Source: Octopus sinensis (Eukaryota). From it: DNA of 64,000 bases. The notes under the pieces were generated by a model. The model was not told the origin of the DNA. It was given only the letters and a program-made list of their open reading frames with translations, and made no database searches. This document shows positions 24,890-37,460 of the stretch, in pieces. Both the position numbers and the translations under genes were made by a program. Location of the stretch: the NCBI RefSeq assembly GCF_006345805.1, contig NC_043024.1, positions 15,314,001 through 15,378,000 on the forward strand, read 5' to 3'. The first letter of the stretch is position 1, and each line of letters starts with the position of its first letter.

Positions 24890-27800
24890 ATCGTCATCAT
24901 CATCATCATCATCCTTTAGCGCCCGCTTTCCATGCTAGCATGGGTTGGACGGTTCAACTGGGGTCTGGGAAGCCAGAAGGCTGCACCAGGCCCAGTCTGA
25001 TCTGGCAGTGTTTCTACGGCTGGATGCCCTTCCTAACACCAACCACTCCGTGAGTGTAGTGGGTGCTTTTTACATGCCACCCGCACAGGAGCCAGACGGA
25101 GCTGGCAAACGGCCATGGTCGGATGGTGCTTTTTACGTGCCACCTGCACGGGGGCCAGGCGAGGCTGGCAATGGCCACGATCGGATGGTGCTTTTTACGT
25201 GCCACCGGCACAGAGGCCCGTCGGTGCGGCGCTGGCAACGGCCACGTTCTAATGGTTTGCTTACGTGCCACCGGCACTGGTATCACAGCTGCATTTCCAT
25301 TGATGTTGATCGATTTCGATTTTGATTTTTTGATTTCCACTTGCCTCAACAGGTCTTCACAAGTAGAGTTTTGTGTCCCAAGAAGGACAGGTATGCATAA
25401 GTGGACTGGCTACATCCCAGGTAGAGGCCATGGGTTATGGTCTCACTTGTCCTGCCGGGTCTTCTCACGCACAGCATACTTCCATAGGTCTTGGTCTCTA
25501 GTTATTTCCTCGGTGAGACCTAAATTTCGGAGGTCGTGCTTCACCACCTCATCCCAGGTTTTCCTGGGTCTACCTCTTCCACAGGTTCCCTCAACCGCTA
25601 GGGTGTGGGACTTTTCACACAACTATCTTCAGCCATTCTCGTCACATGACCATACCAGCGCAAACGTCTCTCTTGCACACAACAACTGATGCTTCTTAGG
25701 TTCAACTTTTCTCTCAAGGTACTTACACTCTGTCGAGTATGAACACTGACATTACACATCCATCAGAGCATACTGACTTCATTTCTTGCGAGCTTACGCA
25801 TATCCTCAGCAGTCACAGCCCATGTTTCACTACCATGTAGCATGGCTGTTCGTACACATGCATCATACAGTCTGCCTTTTACTCTGAGCGAGAGGCCTTT
25901 TGTCACCAGCAGGGGTAAGAGCTCTCTGAACTTTGCCCAGGCTATTCTTACTCTAGCAGTTACACTTTCAGCACACCCTCCCCCGCTACTGACTTGGTCA
26001 CCTAGGTAACGGAAGCTATCAACTATTTCTAGTTTTTCTCCCTGGAATGTGGTGGAAGTTGGTCTCTGCACATTTTCAGTGTTTATTGCTCCTGAGCATC
26101 TTCCACATACAAAAACTATTTTCCTAGTTAGCCTTCCTTTGACATTGCTGCACCTCTTACATGTCCATAGCTTACACTTGGTGCATCTTATAGAGTTTCT
26201 ACCTACGCCTTTTCTACTGATCGAGCAGGGCCATCTACCTGAAGGCGTTTGTGATTTGTCTACCTTCCTACTTATTAGAACTTTGGTTTTAGCTAGGTTG
26301 ACACAAAGGCCCTTCGATTCCAATCCTTGCTTCCATACCTGAAACTTCTCTTCCAGTTCTGATAGTGATTCAGCAATTAAAGCAAGGTCATCAGCATAGA
26401 GGAGCTCCCAGGGGCATCCTGTCTTGAATTCCTCAGTTATTGCCTGGAGGACTATGATAAATAGGAGGGGACTGAGGACTGAACCTTGGTGGACCCCTAC
26501 CTCTACCCGGAATTCTTCACTGTACTCGTTTCCAACCCTCACCTTACTAGCAGCGTCCCTGTACATGGGTCGCACAGCTCTCACTAACCATTCATCTATC
26601 CCTAGTTTCCTCATTGACCACCAGATAAGGGATCGGGGGACCCTGTCGAAGGCTTTCTCCATGTCAACAAAAGCCAGGTACAGGGGCTTATCTTTGGCTA
26701 GATATTTCTCCTGCAGCTGTCTTACCAGGAATATAACATCGGTACTACTTTTCCCTGGCACGAACCCAAACTGCGTCTCATCTAAACTAACTCTCTCTCT
26801 CTCTCTCTAATTAGTTGGGCTATGACCCTCTCCGAAACCTTCATTACCTGATCCAGCAGCTTGATACCCCTGTAGTTATTTGTATCTAGGGCGTCACCTT
26901 TACCTTTGTAGCAGTTGACAATTATGCTGCTACACCAGTCATTGGGAATGATTCCTTCGTGTATCACCTGGTTAACTATACGGGTGACTAGGCTATAGCC
27001 GACACTACCAGATATTTTGAGCATCTCTGCAGTGTTTCCTGATGGGCTTGGGGCTTTCCCTGTCTTCATGCTTCTAATTGCCTTAACTACCAAGGAACTG
27101 TCAATTCGGATAGCTGGTCCCTCTGTTGGGTCGACATTCGGCAGACTCTCTTTATCCCATTCATTTTCCTCATTCAGCAACCTTTCATAGTGGCGTCTAC
27201 AAACCTCTCTCTTTGCATCCTCATTTAGCGCAAGTGAACCATCATCCATGCGAACACATTTCTCTCCTACCACATCACGATTCTCTCTCACACACTGTCT
27301 TGCAACACGAATTACCTCAAGTCTTTCATCCTCACGGTGCAGAACATTGGCAAATTTTTTCTTATCTGCTTCCCCTCTGGCTAAATACACCTGCCTCCTA
27401 GCTTCCCTTCTGGCAGTCTGATACACTTCCCTGCTACCACCGTTCTTCCAGTCCTTCCAAGCCTGTTCCTTTGTCTAAGCCCTGTCAACAATATTGTTCC
27501 ACCACCACGTAATTTTGGGTCTTGAAGGGACTTTGCACCAACCGCAGATCATGTCAGTGGCTCTCAGCAGGTTGTCCCTTAGAGACCTCCAGTTGTGTTC
27601 TACCCCATGTGAAGCTATACCCCCTTCTATTTCGTCAAAGGCTTCAAGTAATATGTCTCTAAATCTCTGTCCATTTGCAAAATCTTTAAGCTTCCAGACC
27701 CTTCTTCTCCATGTTGGTCGTCTTCTGGTCGTCCTCTTAGTCCTGCTCCTAAAGTCACTAACTACCAGTCTGTGTTGTGGGGTACATTCTTCGCCTGGGA

Positions 27801-27951
27801 AGGTTTTGGCATTTATTAGCAGCCATCTTTCCCTTTTTCTGGCAAGGATGTAGTCGATTTGGCTAGTATGTCATCCCCATCGGTAGGTGACCAAGTGGCT
27901 TGTAGGTTTCCTGAAGTTAGTGTTGCAAACCATAAGACTATTCGCATCGCA
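24890..27951 (-). mobile_element. 5'-truncated RTE LINE in intron of copy 2 (antisense), with long 3'UTR and (GAT)n tail
   Basis: ORF pieces 26782-27426 and 25763-26761 carry RT motifs; frameshift at an expanded (CT)9 tract; 3'UTR has ~55-60-bp tandem subrepeats. Confidence 0.95.
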
Positions 27952-27999
27952 TATATAAGGATAATCATATTAAAAGGAATATGAAGCTGTGAAAACATT

Positions 28000-29290
28000 T
28001 ATGACAGAATTCACTGAGTACCATAACGAATGGGGCTGCAATTCTTGGCTGAAATTGAGGTCTACAAACATGATTCACTCGTGATTTACATGCGATCGGG
28101 AAATAGGGCTGAAGTTGACTGTCATAAATTTCTTGGTTTAAAATTAATTTAAAACGATTATTAAACTATTAAAAATACAAAATATCAAATATATTACTAT
28201 TAATAATTGTTAGTAAAACCTTTAGAAGTGATTTGAACACATATCAATACTGTCAAAGTTTTTCCTTTGTGATTTCGTTTATTATATAAAACACATTCTG
28301 ATACAAAAACAGATCGGTGTTGACCTAAGAAAGAAGTTAAACAAGCTCACATGTTTGGTGATGGATACAGGAAGATTTCTGAACGATTTTCTGTCAAAAT
28401 ACTGACTATTCAGTTGATTATTAAGAAATATCGAACCTTGAGTTGTGTGAAATTTGTCGAATAGAAGAAAATGAAAGGTATCAGACGAACTCATTCAAAG
28501 ACTGGTGAGATGAATAGAGGGTGAACCGAGGACAACTGTAAAAGAGATCAGCCATCAGGTTGGGCTGTTGGGCGTAAATGTTACATCATCATCTGCATTG
28601 TATACATTTGGGCACCGTGGGTGCTGAATGAGAACCTCATCCCTACCCAGGCCCACCACGTTAAGGCTCGGCTAAACTATGCAAAAAACTTGTTAAACAA
28701 ACCTTCTCAATTTTGGTCGATGGTTCTGCGAATTGATGAGACTAAACTTTAACTTTTTGGCCACAACAAGAACGCCACAGTTTAGCGGAAGTCTGGGCGG
28801 CCCTCTTGACCCCAAAACATCATTTCTACCAAGAAGCATAGGTGTGGAAATTTAATGTTTTGGAGGTGTTTTACAGCAATCAATTGAGGATGACTAGTTT
28901 TTATCAAAGACCAGATGAAAAAAGAGGATTACGTCAAAATATCAGACGAAAATCTTTTAGTGTCGACAGAAGAGTTGGTGCTAGGTGACAACTGGATCTT
29001 TCAAGAAGATAATGATCCAAAGCATATATACTGAAACTAACGACTGCCTGGATCGGTGAAAATGGCTTCAACATTTGGTAATGGCCATCATAATTGTTGG
29101 ACCTGAATCCAACTGCAAAAATTGGTGCCATTCCAAAGCTCAGATTTGGTAAAGAGGTCTAAAATATGAGGAATTGCAAAGAAAAAATGATAAATAAATT
29201 TGTTTCTAGTTAGACAAAAAAATTGAATATAATTATTTATAATAAATAATTTTATGGAATTTATTAATTTTGCTTGTTAGCCATTGTAAA
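28000..29290 (+). mobile_element. Degenerate Tc1-family (DD34E-type) transposon (duplicate ~45330-46620)
   Basis: ARLNYAK...FWSMVLRIDETKL, LMFWRCF, WIFQEDNDPKH and WPS.LLDLNP recognisable across stops. Confidence 0.85.
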
Positions 29291-29456
29291 AACATATTAA
29301 TGACTAAACGAAATTGTGTATATTATTAAAGTATAAATAATATACAAAAGATATTACAAACCGACTAGTGATAAGAATATATTTTTAAAAAATCAATGTT
29401 ATTCTACACTATATGAATACTTATAAACACCACCGTCTCTCTGTTTCGGTCTCCCC

Positions 29457-29554
<98 letters not shown>

Positions 29555-29555
<1 letters not shown>

Positions 29556-29810
29556 GCGCAATGGCCCATTGGTTAGGGCAGCGGACTCGCAGTCTTAGGA
29601 TCGCGGTTTCGATTCCCAGACCGGGCGTTGTGAGTGTTTATTGAGCGAAAACACCTAAAAGCTGCACGTGACTCCGGCAGAGGGTGGTGATCCCTGCTAT
29701 ACTTTCTCCCACTCTTTCTTCTGTTGGCCTGCTCGCTTAGCTAGCGAGGTGGGGTCATTCGAAGGCTAAAACAATGCGAACGCATAGTGACCAGCGATGT
29801 ATAACTATAT
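29555..29810 (+). mobile_element. tRNA-derived SINE (family C; duplicate 46888-47140)
   Basis: GGCGCAATGGCCCATTGGTTAGGG A box and GGTTTCGATTCCC B box, then a non-tRNA body; followed by (AGAT)n. Confidence 0.75.
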
Positions 29811-29822
29811 GTATATATGTAT

Positions 29823-29900
<78 letters not shown>

Positions 29901-30769
29901 GTAGCTATAGGTATGTATAGATAGATACCTTACTGTTCCATTTAGCGAAGCTCAACAAAAAGAGTACTCCATTCAATGAATGATAAGTATGATTTAATGT
30001 ACAAAGAACAAAAGATTCAAAGAATGAAGCCAAAGAGAGGTGTGCTGCCGTAAAGAAATACATAGTTAGCTAACCTGAGGAAAGTGTAGGAAAAGGAAAG
30101 AGAATGTGGGAGACATCAGGATAGAGATGGTGGTAAAGTGCTGGGCATATTCTCAAGGGCTGGAGATCAGAATATAAATGGGATGGTTGAGTAAAGGAAG
30201 AGAGAGATATCGATGGTGGCAAGTGCCAGGGAATACCCTTGAGGTTCAAATACCATAATGTAAGTGGCAGGATATTGCGAAGGAAGCACAATTAGAGAGC
30301 GCGGAGTGGGCGGAGTGAGTGGTGAAAACCTGGGTATATATATATTAGTCGGTGGGTGCTACCAGATAGCAATGATACAGATAAACAGGGCCGTGTGAAT
30401 AGGATCGGGGAGTGAAAGGTAGGCATAGAGTATGAAGGAAGAAATGTGTGGAAGATGCAGAGATGTAGATTGGTTTGTTGGGGTTGGATGAGTGAGAAGT
30501 TTTCTTGTTACATGTAGGTGAAACACGTGTCAGGGGGACTAGCAAATTGCATTGATAAAGTGGGACAGGTGATGTGAGTGGAACACACAGGTCGGGGCCT
30601 AGCGGAGAGCTACGACACAGTGGGACAGGATTGGGGAGTGGGAGGTAAGCGTAGTGCATGAAGGGGAAATGAAGAGAAGAAATGAAGAGATGTAGTTTAG
30701 TATGTTGTGGTAGGGTGTGTGAGATGTTTACTTGTTAAGTGTGGGTGGGACACACAGCACTTCTAGAAC

Positions 30770-31225
30770 TCAGTTTGCTGACGTAGGTGGGTCTTCTCAA
30801 GAAGCTCATATCATCAGACATCTCAGTCCATTGTCATTTCCTCCATGAGGTCCAACGTCCTGAGATCGGTCCTTACCCCCTTCATCCCACGTCTTTCCGG
30901 GTCTCCCTCTTCTGCAGACACCATCCACTTTCAGTGATCACCACTTCTTTATGCAGCTGGCCTCATTCATACACATCACATCTCCAAACCAACGGAGTCT
31001 TCTCTCTTGCATGCTACATTTGATTCCTCTTATGCCCAACTTTTCTCTCAATACATTTGCACTTTGTCGTACATGTGCACTGATGTTGCACATCCAACAG
31101 AGCACACTACCTTCATTTCTCTCCAGTCTATGCACATCTTTTGCATTGAGAGCCCATGTCTCACTTCCAAGGAGTATAGGCCATTCACACACAAGCATCA
31201 TACAGTCTACTTTTCACTCTGAGGG
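30770..31225 (-). mobile_element. RTE LINE 3' fragment, older subfamily (duplicate ~48100-48555)
   Basis: LLGSETWAL...LERNE...WMCN......LREKLGIR.I...QERRLRWFG. Confidence 0.85.
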
Positions 31226-31499
31226 AGACTCCTTTTATTGCTGTTAAATACTCCTAATAACTATTTTGTGATGGAATGTTCTGAATAGAGTTTCAATTAC
31301 TCAAGAAATAAGGAAAACACATTTCATCCTTACTTCAAACTTTAACAGAAAGATATCAAAGGATTAATCATGGGATATTATAGTATTTAATATGGGATAT
31401 TGTAGGATTAGTTATCAGAATTCCAGAATTCATGTAATTCTTTCAATAATTATTAACATTTCAACAATTTTATCAACCCAAGTTTCAAGAATTCTTATC

Positions 31500-32190
31500 A
31501 TTAACTAACTGAGGTATCCAGTAAAAATTACCATTAATTAGATGTCTGTTTATAGCCATGAAGCATTTTTCCTCAAATTTCGACATTTTTCAAAAATTTA
31601 AAATGTATATTAATGGGTTGGACCAATTTGACAATTAAATGAGCAGTGTCTGGTAGTGAACCTGTGTTGTTGTCATTGTTGTGCATGTGCATAAAATGGC
31701 CAAATTTTACACTTTGGGGCAGATTTCATCAAATTGATGTTATGACAGCTAGTGTACAAAATGCCTAAATTTTTGCTTGAGAAATAAAATGGTCTCACTT
31801 AATCAAAACCTGAAACACTGGGGAATTAAAACAATGAATTGAAATAAGTTTTAGCAAATCAAAACAATTCGCATTGAAATGAAGAATTAGCAAATGCTAC
31901 ACAGATTGCTGTTAATAAGATGTCTGTTTATACCCATGAAATATTTTTCGTCAAACTTCAGCATTTTTCAAAAAATTGATGTAACGATGGCTAATGCAAA
32001 AATAGCTGAAATTTTATAACATTTGAAAAATTGATGCTGATTAAAATTCAATTTTTTAAAAATTCCAAGTGTGTAAGTGGCCGCATGAACATAAGCCCTA
32101 CACTTATGTCAAGTTTCATCAAGATCTGTTGGAGAGTATCAGAGAAGTTAAAGTAACAAATTCACAAGCTTTCCATTTATTATTATAGAT
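31500..32190. other. ~700-bp segment present only in unit A, just upstream of the exon-2 acceptor of copy 2
   Basis: Absent in unit B (48770-48801) and in copy 1 (5563-5650); repeat class not established. Confidence 0.7.
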
Positions 32191-32225
32191 TCTTACTGAA
32201 TTCCAGAATTCTTTTTGTATTTCAG

Positions 32226-33212
32226 AGTGAAATGATTGGAAATGAACTCAAAGACTACAATGTTATAAATAAATTTGGATACAATACAAGTGTTCTTAAC
32301 TTGAAGCATCCTATTGAACGTGGTGTCATTACCAACTGGGATGATATGGAGAAGATTTGGTTGCATGCATTCAAAGAGTTGAAAGTTGCACCTGCAGAAA
32401 GCTCTGTCTTGTTGACTGAGGCTGTTTTTAACCCCAAGTACAACAGAGAAAAGATGGCCGAAATTATGTTTGAAAAGTTTAACACTCATGCATTATGTAT
32501 TGCTGATCAGGCTTCACTGTCCCTTTATGCTTCTGGTCGTAACACAGGTATGTCTGTGAATGTAGGTCATGGCATCACCCAAATTGTCCCTGTCTATAAA
32601 GGGTCAGTTAAACGAGAAGCTGCTGTCCAGTGGGAGTTTGGTGGTGTGGACATGACAGATTACCTTACGAGTATGTTGACTGAACGTGGTTATTCCTTTG
32701 ACAGTCCTTCTCAGACAGAAACTGTCCGTAACATCAAAGAGAAGTGTTGTTATGTTGCTCTAGACTTTGAACAGGAAATGCAGACTGCAGCCTCTGAGAA
32801 ATATAAATTACCTGACAAGCAAGTCATTACCATTGGCAATGAACGATTCCGTACCCCGGAACTTCTGTTCCAGCCAAGTTTAATTCATGAGGGATCTGAG
32901 GGTATTCATGTAAGAATTCGTGATTCAATCATCAAATGTAATAGGTGGATTAAAATGCCTCAATTTCATAAAATTGTATTGTCCGGTGGTTCGACAACAT
33001 TCAGAGGCTTTGCCCAGCGCCTAAGAAAAGAAATGAGTTCCATTCTGGCACCTGCAACGATATTTAAGATTATTGATCATGGAGAACTTAAATACGCTAC
33101 ATGGCTTGGTGGTGCTGCATTGGCTAGTTTGTCTATCTTTAAAGATTGGTGTATTAGCAGAGAAGAATATAATGAACATGGCTCAAATATTCTCGATAAA
33201 AAATATACGTAA
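32226..33212 (+). CDS. Divergent actin-related gene copy 2, exon 2 (369 aa in total)
   Basis: Acceptor ctttttgtatttcag|AGT GAA ATG; open frame to TAA; actin core motifs throughout. Confidence 0.93.
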   Translation, partial: SEMIGNELKDYNVINKFGYNTSVLNLKHPIERGVITNWDDMEKIWLHAFKELKVAPAESSVLLTEAVFNPKYNREKMAEIMFEKFNTHALCIADQASLSLYASGRNTGMSVNVGHGITQIVPVYKGSVKREAAVQWEFGGVDMTDYLTSMLTERGYSFDSPSQTETVRNIKEKCCYVALDFEQEMQTAASEKYKLPDKQVITIGNERFRTPELLFQPSLIHEGSEGIHVRIRDSIIKCNRWIKMPQFHKIVLSGGSTTFRGFAQRLRKEMSSILAPATIFKIIDHGELKYATWLGGAALASLSIFKDWCISREEYNEHGSNILDKKYT

Positions 33213-33852
33213 TATGTATGTGTCATTGATATATATATATATATATGATATAATATAATATAAATCCAGTTCTGTGTGTTTGTGTGTGTGTGTGTGTGGA
33301 TGTGCGTAAAAGATTATAACGGCTGTATTGTTCAACTGATTTTACTCCAAAGTGGGAACAGATATTACTTATGTTCCAGGGATGGACCAAGATTCCAAGC
33401 ACTTCCAAATACAAAATTAGACAATACAACGCTGCACTAAAGATAATATCATTTGGAGTCACAAAAAATTTAACTGAGTCAGGATTCATGCAATCTTTCA
33501 GGATCCAAAGTCAGATTTATCATCGGATTGCCTCTTTACTACCTCTGTCCAATGAATCACCAAAATCAGCCTTTCATTGTTTATAATCTGTACATGTTCT
33601 TTGGTTACGAAATAAGCTACCAAAAACATATTTTTTTAATTATGTGTAGTTACTTTATATACATATATGAGCTGAAGACTTTCTTTTAACATTTCACTTA
33701 ACGTCTGTGTTCCATGCTGGCATGGGTTGGAGAGCTGTTAATTTGGAAAGTTGGAATTGCAGCTACCAGCAGTTGAGAACTACGTAATCTAGCCAGCGAT
33801 TTTAAATTTCATTATTCTCTTTAACCCAGGCAATGCTGGGTATTTCTGCTTG

Positions 33853-33956
<104 letters not shown>

Positions 33957-33989
33957 CATATACATATATATATATATGTATATGTATAT

Positions 33990-35459
33990 ATATGTATAAA
34001 TATATATATATTAAATTAGAGATAAAACCCTTATTAGGCAAATCAAACAGTGAAAAACATAAACCAATACATAGAAATAAAATTAATTAATATAATATAA
34101 AAAATATATAAAATATAAAATTCAAAGTTTAAATTATTTAAATTTATAGTTAAAATTTAAAAAAATATTTAAATTATTGATTTATACTTATAAATTTATA
34201 TATATATATATATATATATTATTTTTAGTTTTAATATTATTATTATTTTATTATAATTTTAATTTTTTTAAATATAAATATAACTATCAAAAAGTATTAA
34301 AAAGTTTAATATAAGTAAAGAGTAAAACCACTACGATCGTTTCATGCCCATAACCTAATTCGAAAAACAATAATTTGAATTCAATTAATAATTCGAATTA
34401 TGGTTATAGTCAATCTTCAGGTCAATGTTAATATTTAAATAAATAATCAAAAATATTTATACGATATTTTTTTAAGAAATAAATAAAATAATAATTTTTC
34501 TTATAAAAAATCTATTATCAAACTAGAAACTTTAACGATTATAATTATGTCAGACAATCGATTATAATGTTAAATATTAATTTTTAAGTATTAATTTTTA
34601 AGGTAAGAAACCCACAAATAATCTAATCTCAGTTATAGTCAATATCTAATTACATAAATATTTTACAAAAAAAATGACTATTCGTATTATTAAATATAAT
34701 TTCAAGTCAAATAATTATATAATATTTGAATAATAACTAAATTATCAATGAAAATATATAAATGTATAAAATATAAGAATTAAGATCTAAAATTATCTCT
34801 ATCAATAAATATATATGCACGTATAATAAAGACCTAATAAATTAATTATTCATTATTACTTATAAAAATATTAAAAGATTAAAGATGAAATAGCTAATTG
34901 TAAACAAATAAACAAACAATCTTAAAAGAACGCTATAACTAATTAACGATCCATATATATGGTTGGCTAACTAATAACTTTCAAAAATCGTATAGTTAAG
35001 AAACTAAAATGAAATAAAATACTAATGAAATAATGAATCCGTGGTTATATAGTATCAAATAAATACTACGAATATATTTATCAAAGGAAAAAATATTACT
35101 ACCAATTATCAATTTAAAAAAAAACAATATATAAGTTATAATAACAATTATAAAAAATTTAAAATAACTATCAACAAATATAGTTATTTAAGACTAAAAT
35201 TTATGCTATCAATACATGTATATACATGAAACCTAACTTTAAAAATACTCGTATAACTGTTAACGATCTATATCTCTCTTTGGCTAAGTAAAGTCTTACG
35301 AATAAACGTAAAGTTAAAATTTTATAATTATATAGAAAAACTACGATAACTAGATCATTATATAACCATCAGTATTTATATAAAATACAATATTATACAA
35401 TAAGACTTGTTAAAATATTAAAATTTTATTAAAAATTTGCTAAAAGAAGAAATAATGTT
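33990..35459. repeat. Extremely AT-rich segment contiguous (in unit B) with a Penelope-like element; truncated at the duplication junction
   Basis: Duplicate of ~50690-52065, which continues into PLE-like coding sequence on the minus strand. Confidence 0.6.
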
Positions 35460-35720
35460 TCATTCAACATCCTTAAACAACCCTTATTCAGGGACCGTTT
35501 GAGCAGGATGGGCTACTCAACCTGAAGAAAATTCTAACTGGGCCCCAACTGCAAGGTCATGTGCTGTTTATCTTGATATGGTATCACCATGTCGTGCACA
35601 TATGGTTGTGATGAATGTGCTTGGTGTACCCTTATCAGACGGGTAGTCATGATGGGTATACTGGGCTTCGTATATTTTACCCCAGTGTCACTTTGATGGC
35701 ATGAACTGCTCTCTCACTCA
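35460..35720. mobile_element. Truncated copy of the (AAT)n-flanked element at the duplication junction (no nested insert)
   Basis: Single GATGGGTATAC (empty site) at ~35651; joined to the AT-rich segment through TGTT microhomology. Confidence 0.8.
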
Positions 35721-36677
35721 ATAATAATAATAATAATATTAACAGCTCAGAAAATCTACTAAAAACAGTTAATAAAGAACACATGATGAATCCTTTAATA
35801 GGAGAGAAGGACAAAGAAAGCATGTCAGACAGATGGAAGAGAAACATCTGAACGGCCAATTTTGAAGAGGCACTGAAGACGTATGTGGAACAACATCCTG
35901 AGTTTGGTTAAAAAGGAGGCAATGACAAAGTGAAACAGAGAGCCTAATTGGAGTAGCCCAAAATTAAATGATAGAAACAAAAAACAACTTGAGAAAAAAA
36001 TATATATGGAGGGAATATGTCAGAAGCATGTAGAGCCTGTAGAACTTGGAATGAGACAGTGGCATACATTGTGACAGAATGCTCCAAGTTGGCACAGGAA
36101 GAATATAAGAAACGGAGGCATGACCAGGTTGTAAAAGTTATACACTGGAAACTGTGCCAGAAATGGGGATTTGAAGGTGGAAATACAGAGTACAGTCATT
36201 GAGCCAAAAGAGTACTTGAATTGGAGAAATGTACGACTTTGTGGGACATTCCTATTCAAACAGACAAGAAGTTAGAAAACAACAGACCAGATAAAGAAAA
36301 GCAAAGCTGCTTACTTATTGAACCATCATTCCCATTTGATTCCAGGTTCGTAAAAAAGAGGAATTAAAAAAATATACAATCCTTCAAATTTTAAATAGGA
36401 AGAACTTGGAGCATGAAAACAGTAAAGTTGTGCCCGTAATAATTAGTACTTTGAGAACAAGAAGCAAAGATATAGACAAATGGCTGAAGGAGGTTGGAAT
36501 AGGATACCCGGCAGAGCTCCTACAGAAAGTTTGTGTCTTAGGGACAGCAAGGATTATCAGGAGGGTTCTAAACACTTGAAAGACTGTTTAAAACTTGTGG
36601 ATATCTAAGGTTACAGGTAGTAATCTGCTATCCACATAATTCCTACCAGGAATAAGACTGAACTTGAACCAAACCAA

Positions 36678-36748
<71 letters not shown>

Positions 36749-36749
<1 letters not shown>

Positions 36750-37460
36750 CGGTGGACCACCTAATCTCTGGATGTAAAGTCTTAGCACCAGTGGAGTATA
36801 AATTAAGACATGACAGAGTTGGCCAATATCTCCACTGGCTAATAAGTCGGCATTACAATATCAAAACTGCCGACAAGTGGTATAATCACCACCCTGAGGC
36901 TGTAACTGAAGGAGAAAATGTAACCATTCTGTGGGACTTTCCAGTACATACAGACCGAACCATCAAGGCCAATAAACCAGATATTGTTGTGAAAGACCAA
37001 AACAATAAAGTTTGCTTATTGATCGACATGAGCATCCCCTGTGATCATAATATCTCAGCGAAAGAGTTTGACAAGCTCAGAAAATATAAAGACCTACTCA
37101 TTGAAATTGAGAAAATGTGGCATCTCAAGGCGGTTACAATACCAGTGATCGTAGGAGCACTAGGAATGATCAAGAAGGGAACCGAAAATTATATGAGAAT
37201 GATCCCTGGCTTACCATCCCTGCAAGAAGTGCAAAAGATTGTCTTAACTGGTACATCACACGTATTGAGAAGAGCATTGTCGATGTGAGAACTGTTGCTG
37301 CTCATGTATTTTAATTTAACTTTAAAAAAAAAAAAAAAATGAACGAACTACTGAGTTTGGTTTAATGGCCTACCAATATACACTATGAGTTTCTTTGCCC
37401 TAGGAGTCGGGAAGACACTCGGCAAGAAATGGAAGAAAATTTGAAAGAAGAAAAAAAAAG
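36749..37460 (+). mobile_element. R4/Dong-type RLE LINE 3' end, intact reading frame, unit B only
   Basis: ORF 36752-37288: DHLISGC...RHD...WDF...ANKPDIVVKD...CLLIDMSIP.D.N...KEFDKLRKYKDL...IPVIVGALG; flanked by (AAT)n. Confidence 0.92.

Noticed and set aside
29555-29628. Possible tRNA gene
   Set aside because: Acceptor and anticodon stems do not pair properly, the duplicate differs in the anticodon loop, and it continues into a SINE-like body.
29990-30720. Purine-rich segment possibly derived from a Penelope element (duplicate ~47320-48050)
   Set aside because: Motif resemblance too weak to call; left unclassified.
33990-35459. Possible mitochondrial insertion (NUMT) or alternative-genetic-code ORF
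   Set aside because: No mitochondrial gene motif recognised; contiguous with PLE coding sequence in unit B.
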